NCBI RefSeq assembly: GCF_019464535.1
Contig: NZ_CP080507.1
Location: 1,260,001 to 1,292,000, forward strand
Source of the DNA: Horticoccus luteus
GTDB taxonomy: Bacteria; Verrucomicrobiota; Verrucomicrobiia; Opitutales; Opitutaceae
Length of the DNA: 32,000 nt
Direction of reading: 5' to 3'
The notes beneath the pieces were generated by a model that saw only the letters and a list, made by a program, of their open reading frames with translations, was not told the DNA's origin and did not search any database. How positions within the stretch are numbered: position 1 is the first letter of the stretch; every line of letters begins with the position of its first letter. Shown one piece after another: positions 15,977 through 23,300 of this stretch. The position numbers and the translations under genes were made by a program.

Positions 15977-16879
15977 ATGGCGGCCGCGCGATTACATCCG
16001 TTGATGACCACGGCGTTTGTCGTGCTGGGGCTGGCGGCGGTCGGCGCGGGCTGGAGCCTGCATCTGCGGGTGAAAGCGGCGCAGACGGCGGAGAAGAAAC
16101 GCGACCGCTTGCGCAGCGAATGGGCGTCGGCGCGCGCGGCGATGCCGGCACCGACGGAGGCCACGGGCGCGGAGCTGGAAGCGCAACTGGCGCGCGCGCA
16201 GCAGCGGTTGGCGCACATGCGCACGAGTCTGGCCGGGCGCGGCGCGGCGGCGCAGCAATGGCAGGCGGCGGCGAAGCCGACCACGCGCACGGCGGCGTAT
16301 TTCGAGCTGGCGGCGTTTGTCGAACGGATGCGCAACCGCGCGCGGGAAAAAGGCGTGCGTCTGCGGCCCGATGAACAATTCGGTTTCGCCACGCACGCGC
16401 ACGAAGGGCCCGACGAAACGGTTGCACCGATCGTCACGCGGCAGCGGTTGATCGCGGAGTTTTTGCTGACGACGTTGATCGACGGACAGGCGCAGCAGAT
16501 CGTGTCGGTGCAGCGCGAACGGCCGGTCGCGCCGGGCGCTGATGCGACGGCGGCGCGCAACGATCGTGCGGGCGTGGCGGCGGATTTTTTCGAGCTCGAT
16601 CCGGCGTGGTCGGCGCGTGTGCCGGGGTTCGTGGATACCCTCGCGATGCGCGTGGTGTTCGTGGGCGAGACGGATGGGTTGCGCAATCTGCTGAATCAAC
16701 TCGGCGCGGGCGAACTGCCGCTCGTGGTGCGTGCGGTCGAGGCGGCGCCCGTGGACGCGCCCGGCGCGGCGGGGCCGGCGGCGGCGAGTAACGCCCCGCT
16801 CGTGGCGCGCCGGCCCACGCGGTTTACGGTCACGGTGGAGTGGGTGGAGCTCGCACCGGCGGCGCCGGCGAAAACGTGA
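15977..16879 (+). CDS. PilO-like bitopic membrane protein (Amuc_1100-like by recollection)
   Basis: 300 aa from ATG 15977, 2 nt after the upstream stop. The layout is a short cytoplasmic tail, the TM helix TTAFVVLGLAAVGAGWSL, a coiled coil (AEKKRDRLRSEW...AQLARAQQRLAHMR) and alpha/beta periplasmic modules. The track's longer ORF from 15407 overlaps the upstream gene in another frame and was rejected. Confidence 0.6.
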   Translation: MAAARLHPLMTTAFVVLGLAAVGAGWSLHLRVKAAQTAEKKRDRLRSEWASARAAMPAPTEATGAELEAQLARAQQRLAHMRTSLAGRGAAAQQWQAAAKPTTRTAAYFELAAFVERMRNRAREKGVRLRPDEQFGFATHAHEGPDETVAPIVTRQRLIAEFLLTTLIDGQAQQIVSVQRERPVAPGADATAARNDRAGVAADFFELDPAWSARVPGFVDTLAMRVVFVGETDGLRNLLNQLGAGELPLVVRAVEAAPVDAPGAAGPAAASNAPLVARRPTRFTVTVEWVELAPAAPAKT

Positions 16880-17754
16880 TGAAGCCGCTCGAACCCAGCA
16901 CCAGCGCCCTCGTGATCGCCGCCTTGCTCGCGGCGGGCTCGTTGGGGTGGAGCGCGTGGAGCCTTCACCGTTTGCAACCGCGTCCGATCGCGCCACTCAC
17001 GGCATCCGCCGGGGAAACGCCTCCGGTCGCTGAAGCGAAGCCCGACGACGAAAAAGTGGCGATGTGGGCACCGCCGCCCGCGCAATCGCACGGCGGGGCG
17101 TGGGTCTACGACGTTTTTTCACCGCCAGAAATTTTTTATGATGCGGCGACGAAGCAATTCACCGTGACGCCGCCCGTGTTGCACCGGCCGAGCGCCGGGC
17201 TCGGCGGGTTGGCGGGCCTCGAGCTGGCCGGGGTGGCGCGTGAGCTTTATCGTTTCCAACTGGTCGGATTCATCGGGCGCGAGGGGGATTGGCGCGGGAC
17301 GTTTGAGGATCGTTTGACGGGCGAGACGTTTCTCGGGCAGGAGGGGCGCGCGCTCGCGCAAACGGGACTGACGGTGCGTTTGCTCGAGGTGCGGCGCGTG
17401 CAAGTCGATTTGCCGGACAGCATGAGCACCACGCAGCGCGTCGCCACGGCGGTGCTGCACGACGATCGCACGGGCGAGGAGACTGAGCTCAACTCCGCGG
17501 CGCCGCGTTATACGGAATCATTGGTGGCATCGGTCATCACTGCGGATGGGGCGCATCACGATTTGCGGCGCGGCGACGATCTGCCGGTCGGCGAAGAAAT
17601 TTTCCATGTCGCGGCGGTGCGCCTCGATCCGCCCGCCATCGAGCTGGTTGCCGATGCCGCCGCGGATGGCCGGGCGCCCGAACATCACACGCTCGCTCTC
17701 AAGTCTGCCCCGCCGGTTCCGACGGCGTCCTCTTCCACTTCTGTTACCCCATGA
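16879..17754 (+). CDS. Bitopic membrane protein with two PilP-like beta modules
   Basis: 291 aa from ATG 16879, which shares one nucleotide with the upstream TGA (TGATG). The N-terminal TM is ALVIAALLAAGSLGWSAW, followed by a Pro-rich linker. Two segments show the PilP-type pattern: YRFQLVGFIGREGDWRGTFEDRLTGETFLGQEGRAL..TVRLLEVRRVQV and VASVITADGAHHDLRRGDDLPVGEEIFHVAAVRLDPPAIELV. Confidence 0.5.
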   Translation: MKPLEPSTSALVIAALLAAGSLGWSAWSLHRLQPRPIAPLTASAGETPPVAEAKPDDEKVAMWAPPPAQSHGGAWVYDVFSPPEIFYDAATKQFTVTPPVLHRPSAGLGGLAGLELAGVARELYRFQLVGFIGREGDWRGTFEDRLTGETFLGQEGRALAQTGLTVRLLEVRRVQVDLPDSMSTTQRVATAVLHDDRTGEETELNSAAPRYTESLVASVITADGAHHDLRRGDDLPVGEEIFHVAAVRLDPPAIELVADAAADGRAPEHHTLALKSAPPVPTASSSTSVTP

Positions 17755-20321
17755 AATCCGTATTCGCGCTGTGTTCGCCCCGTGTCGCTGCCGTGCTTTT
17801 AACTTTCGCGATCGGCGTGACGTCCGAAGTGCGGGCGGGCGCGACGCAAGCGACGCCGGAGGCGAAAATGCAACTGATGGCGGATGCTCTCCACGCGCGC
17901 GCCCAAGGTGATTTGCTGACGGCGCGCGGCGCGCTCGAGCAGCTCGTGCGACTCGGGGACCGCGATCCGGCGGTGGCGCGTCTGCTGGCGGAAGTGAATG
18001 CGCAGTTGGCGGCCAACGCGACGAGCGTGGAACCGCTGGCGATCAAGGTGGCGGTGGACCAAGCTCCCGTGCAGGGCGACGACGGCGAGACGTTGATGCA
18101 GGCGGAAACGCAGCGTTTGAAGCGCGCGATCGCGACGGCCCGCACGGCGCGCGGGCAGGCGGCGGAATCGTTCGCGCAGGGCAACTATCTCGCGGCGGTG
18201 ACGACGCTGGACGCCGCACTCGCGTCGCTACCGGTGAATCCGTTGACGCAGGATCTGGTCGGAGAATTGCGCCGGGCGCGCGATGAAGCGGCGGCGGCGG
18301 CGGCGCAGCCCGTGCCGGCGCCGGTGGCGGCGGACGATCCGCGGCACGACGAGGCGGTCGCGCTCGCGGCGCGCGGCCGGGCGCAATATCTCGCCGGCGA
18401 ATCGTCCACGGCGGCGGTGACGTTGCACGCAGCCTTGGAGCGCGATCCGAACAACGCCGAGGCGCGGCAGTTGCTCGCCCGCATCGCGCGCGATCGCGAA
18501 GGTTCGGTGCGCAACCGCGAGACGAGCCGTGCGCAGCTGCTCGACGAAGTGAACAAGAGCTGGCGGCGGCCGGAGGTGTTTCAAGAGCGCACGCGCGGGA
18601 CGGCGGCGGCGGAGAGCCTGGCGCCGGTGATGCAGAAGTTGAACGCGATCGTGCTGCCGAATGTGAACTTTACGCGGGTGGAGCTGGGCCGGGTGCTGAA
18701 CGCGTTGAGCGCGGCGTCGGAGGAATTCGATCCGGCGGCGGGGCCGATGAAGGGCGTCAACATCGTGCTGCTCGACCCGAGCAACAAGAATCCGCTGATC
18801 TCACTTTCGTTGCGCAACACGACGTTGAAGCGGGTGCTCGACTTCGCGACGGAGGCGGCGGGTTACCAGTATGAAGTGCAGTCCGATGCGGTCGTGGTGC
18901 GGCCGGGTGGGGAGACGAGCACGCTGGACACAGCGATCTTCCCGGTGACGCGGGCCACGGTGCTGCGGATGAGCGGTGTCGCTAGCGTGAACACCCCGGA
19001 TGCGTCGGCGACGACGAAGCCGGCGGACCCGTTGTCGTCGGCGGGCGCGAACAACGAGGCGGCGGGCGGCGAAGCGGTCGCGATGAAGGCGTTTCTGCAG
19101 CAGGCGGGCGTGAATTTCGAGGAAACGAAAGGCAGCAGCCTCGCCTATGACGGGTCCGCGATGATCGTGACGCAGACGCCGCGCAACATCGAACGCATCC
19201 GCAACATTCTGGCGCGGTATAACGACGTGCGGCAGGTGGAAATCGAGGCCAAGTTCATGGAAGTACAGGAGGGGGCGCTGGATGAACTCGGGGTGCAGTG
19301 GAACGTCTCGCGGCGCGGCCTGCCTCAGTTCGACACGACAACCGGTGCGCCGATTTTGAACAGCAGCGGACAGCAGGTCACGGTGCCGCAGGAGGTTTAC
19401 AGTACAAGCGGAGTAAACCGTACACTGCCATTTGCGTTTCCTTCGCAGCAATCAAGCAACGGAGGAATCACGATTAATTCGCAGCAGATTACGACGAATG
19501 CACCGCCGAACATTCCGGGCAGCGTGTCGCTGGCCAGCGGCGCGGCGGCACTGGCGAGCATTACGGGCATGATTGGCGAGTTCGATGTCAACGCGGTGGT
19601 TCGCGCGCTGGCGCAAAAGCAGGGCACGGATTTGTTGAGCGCGCCGAAGGTGACGGTGCTATCGGGAAGCGTGGCCAATATTACGGTGGCGCAGGAATTG
19701 CGTTATCCAACGAGCTTCGGGCAGACGCAAAGCCAAGTGGGCACTGGCAGTGCGAGCGGCGGAGGCTCGGCAGGCGTCGCGATCACCGCGGGCACGCCGC
19801 AGAATTTCGAAAAGCGCAACGTCGGCGTGGAGTTGAAAGTCACGCCGACTGTCGAGGAGGACGATTACAGCATCAGCCTCGACTTGAATCCGAAGGTGAC
19901 GGAGTTCGACGGCTTCGTGGAATACGGCGGCCCGAGTGTGGCGATCTCGCAGGGCAACACGGTTACGGTGCCGTCGGGCTTTTATCAGCCAATTTTCTCG
20001 GTGCGGGACATTTCGACGAAAGTGACCATCTGGGATGGCGCGACGTTGATCATGGGCGGGCTGACGCGCGAGGAAGTGAAAAAGGTGAACGACAAAGTGC
20101 CGTTGCTCGGAGACCTGCCGCTGCTCGGACGGCTTTTCAAGTCGAAGGGTGAAAGCGCCCAGAAGCGGAATCTACTGATCTTCGTGACGGCGAATTTGGT
20201 GAGTCCGGGCGGTTCGTTGAAAAAGCAGGAACTGCGGGATGTGGCACCGAGCGCACTGTTTCAGAATCCATCGGTCGTGACGCCGCAGGGCGCCGATCCA
20301 CGAGTGAATGGCACGAAATGA
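17751..20321 (+). CDS. Secretin (GspD/PilQ superfamily) with an N-terminal TPR-like extension
   Basis: ATG 17751 overlaps the upstream stop (ATGA). The signal peptide is MKSVFALCSPRVAAVLLTFAIGVTSEVRA. About 280 aa of Ala/Arg-rich helical-hairpin (TPR-like) sequence follows, then N0/N1-type domains (VLPNVNFTRVELGRVLNALS; VEIEAKFMEVQEG). The secretin domain is canonical (LLSAPKVTVLSGSVANI; VELKVTPTV; KVPLLGDLPLLGRLFKS; LLIFVTANLV). Confidence 0.9.
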   Translation: MKSVFALCSPRVAAVLLTFAIGVTSEVRAGATQATPEAKMQLMADALHARAQGDLLTARGALEQLVRLGDRDPAVARLLAEVNAQLAANATSVEPLAIKVAVDQAPVQGDDGETLMQAETQRLKRAIATARTARGQAAESFAQGNYLAAVTTLDAALASLPVNPLTQDLVGELRRARDEAAAAAAQPVPAPVAADDPRHDEAVALAARGRAQYLAGESSTAAVTLHAALERDPNNAEARQLLARIARDREGSVRNRETSRAQLLDEVNKSWRRPEVFQERTRGTAAAESLAPVMQKLNAIVLPNVNFTRVELGRVLNALSAASEEFDPAAGPMKGVNIVLLDPSNKNPLISLSLRNTTLKRVLDFATEAAGYQYEVQSDAVVVRPGGETSTLDTAIFPVTRATVLRMSGVASVNTPDASATTKPADPLSSAGANNEAAGGEAVAMKAFLQQAGVNFEETKGSSLAYDGSAMIVTQTPRNIERIRNILARYNDVRQVEIEAKFMEVQEGALDELGVQWNVSRRGLPQFDTTTGAPILNSSGQQVTVPQEVYSTSGVNRTLPFAFPSQQSSNGGITINSQQITTNAPPNIPGSVSLASGAAALASITGMIGEFDVNAVVRALAQKQGTDLLSAPKVTVLSGSVANITVAQELRYPTSFGQTQSQVGTGSASGGGSAGVAITAGTPQNFEKRNVGVELKVTPTVEEDDYSISLDLNPKVTEFDGFVEYGGPSVAISQGNTVTVPSGFYQPIFSVRDISTKVTIWDGATLIMGGLTREEVKKVNDKVPLLGDLPLLGRLFKSKGESAQKRNLLIFVTANLVSPGGSLKKQELRDVAPSALFQNPSVVTPQGADPRVNGTK

Positions 20322-20339
20322 CGCGGAAAGTCCCCGACG

Positions 20340-23300
20340 ATGAAAACAAATTCCTCCGGTCTTAAACTCCCCGCATGGACCGCGGTACTGGTTTTGGCGA
20401 TCGCCTGCCAAGTGGCACGGGCGGGGTCAGTGACTCTCACTTCCGTGGATACCACGTTGAATTCGGAGTCGCGGAACACGCTGGTCGAGGCTGAGAGCAA
20501 ATATGAACACGACCTTGCTTCCGCCAGCCCCATCACCGTGCATTTCGATTGGGAGAACGCGAGCGGGACAACAAGTTTTGAGCTGCTGGAAAACGGCATC
20601 CGACGGGCGAGAATTTCAGCCGCCCAGCCGTTCGGTAGTGGTTCGCTGAGTTACACGCCCAAGCTACCAGGAGTGGTCCAGCTAACGGTCAAAATGGTGA
20701 GTGAAGGGTCCACGGTGGCCTCGTCGGAAACACTCAACGTGCGGATTTATGGGACGGCGATGGATCCCGCACTCGATGATGAAGCGTTGCCGTACACGTC
20801 AGCGATTTACCTCCACGCCGATGCCTTGGTGAAAAGCGACACGGTGGCGAAAACGGAGTTCTGGGCTGCAGTGGACCGCAGGCATACGGGAGCCCCGATT
20901 GGGGGCAGTTTCACGTTGACCCTGAACGGAGAGACGACGGCGGCAATTCCTGCGGATGCAGACGAGACAGCGGTGCAACAGGCCCTGGAGAACGTGCCGT
21001 CCGTGGGCGCAGGCAACGTGGTCGTAGCAAAAATGTCGCCTCCGACATCGCTGCCGGGTTCGAAATTCCGCACCTTCATCGTCCAATTTCGAGGCTCGCT
21101 GGCGCATACTCCTCGCACCCTCATGACTGGGGATGGTAGCAATCTAAGCTACGAGTTGGCGCCGGCTGGGACCGTGCAGACTTTAAGCGTCTATCGCGTT
21201 CAGGCCGGATCGGCGACGCCGACGGAATTGAACGAGGTGCAGGTCGTGTGTCTGGTCGGTGAGCAGGGCCTAATTACGACCGATTCCAATGCGCCCTACG
21301 CGCTTCTTTGGTCGCCCGAAACGACGTTGAACGATGCATCCTTTCCTTTTCGCTCTGACAGCAGCGTGGAGATTTTCGCACGGGCGATTACCGCGAAAGG
21401 AGCGGTCTCCGCCAGTGACCCGATAGCGATTTACGCGATTCCAGCCATTCCTTCACCCCAAGGAGTTCTCACCGTCGAAATCAACGCGAGTAATCTGCAG
21501 GAATTGCCCGGGAACAACCGTATCGTCGCGGCGACGACGCCAGTGAAATTGACCGCCGAAGCGAAGGATGCGGCCGGCATCGGACGCATCGTGCAATCGG
21601 TGCAGTTTTTCCTCGACGGCGTAGCGCTGGCGCCGGTTTCGGCGGCGTTTCCTTATCAGGCCGATTGGACGCCCAAGATTGCGGGCACCTATGTGCTCAC
21701 CGCCATTGCCATCGACGATAAAAACAACCGGATCGTGTCGGCTCCGATGTTTATCAATGTGACAGACAACCGGCCCTATGTGCGGATCGTTAATCCCATG
21801 GCCGCGGCTGGCAGTCCGCTCACGATTCCGTCGGGCGCGGAGATTACGTTTACCGCGATCACGGCCGGCGCCACGGGCGATCCCGCCACGACCGGAGTCA
21901 TATTTTCCGTCGACGGCCAACCGATCAACGGAACCGGGGCAGGAGGGATATTCACGGCCACGTGGTCTCCCGCAAACATCGGAGCGACGCCCAAAAGCTA
22001 TCAGATATCGGCGAGTGTCTCAGATTCCAACTCCACCACCAATATATCTGACACGGCGTTCGTCACCGTTCTGCCACAAACGTTTGTTGGAGCTTCTCCC
22101 TCCGTTTCCGTCCAATTTCCGACAGCGGGAGGAATTACCTCGAATTCATTGGTGAACCTTGCTGCGTTCGCCAACGACAGCGACGGGGAAGTCGTGGCGG
22201 TGAGGTTTTATGCAAATGGAGTTCCGCTCGGCTTCGCTACGAGAGATCAGCAGAGCAGTAGCTGGCGGCTAGCCTATCAGGTGGGGCGATATGGCCTAGG
22301 AGATTATTCGATCGTCGCTCAAGCGATCGACAACGTCGGTAATTCTAAGGTCTCGTCGCCCGCTGTGCGAGTCACTGTGACCGAGTCCACGGCTGTCGCG
22401 CCGACGGTTATGTTGGCGGCGAGTACCCGCGAAGTAACGCAAGGCGGCAGCGTAGTGCTGAGTGCAACGGCGGCTGTCGCGGGGACGGTCGCGCAGGTGG
22501 AGTATTTCGCCAATGGCATCTCGCTTGGGGTGATGTTGTCCGCCGGACCGATGACTTGGACGCCCTCCACGCCGGCAAACTATTCGGTCTACGCGGTCGT
22601 TACAGATCAGAGCGGGAATGTGGCAGTGTCTCCAGCCGTAACGGTGTCAGTGCAGGCGGGCTATTCGGTTGCAACCAACGAGGCGTTTGTCTCCCAAACC
22701 TATCAGGACTTGGTGGGGCGGGTGCCGACGAGCGCGGAACTCGCCGCGGCGGCGCAGATTTCGGGCGGGACGCTTACGCGGGCGCAGTTCGTCGCGAACG
22801 TGGTGAGCGGGGGAGGTTTTGCCTACACTTTTCAGGCGACCCTCGCGTATCGCGCGGTCATCGGCGACTGGCCGGGCTACTCCGACTACTTGGCCGGAGC
22901 GGCGGCCTTAAGCACCGGCACGACGCTGGCCGATTTCACCGGGACGCTGCTCTCTTCAGCCGCCTATCTCGCGCGGAATGGCTCACTGCCGGATCTTACG
23001 ACGGTGACCAGCGGGCAGTATGCGCGCGTGTCGGCGTTTGCCTCCCAGCTTTACCAACGCACTTACGGGCGGGCTCCCACATTGATCGAGGTGCAGGCGT
23101 TTTTGAGCGATATCAACACCCTCGGGGTGAACGCCGCCGTCGCCAACTTTCTTACGACCAAGTTTATCACGCAGAGCGATGCCGGAGTAACGGCGCGGGT
23201 GCGCGCGGCTGCACTGGTCGCGGGTTTGTGGCGGGAGGGTGCTTCCGACGCGCAGGTGGCAGCGTTAAGCAGCGGGTCGACGACGGCCGCCGCCGACAGT

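Noticed and set aside
14085-16427. 780-aa minus-strand ORF, the longest alternative ORF in the window
   Set aside because: It is antisense to the PilM-PilN and PilO-like genes. Its translation is extreme Arg/Pro/Ala/His low complexity (RRRR runs) with no recognisable domain. This is typical of stop-poor wrong frames in high-GC DNA, and the plus-strand genes have clear family signatures.
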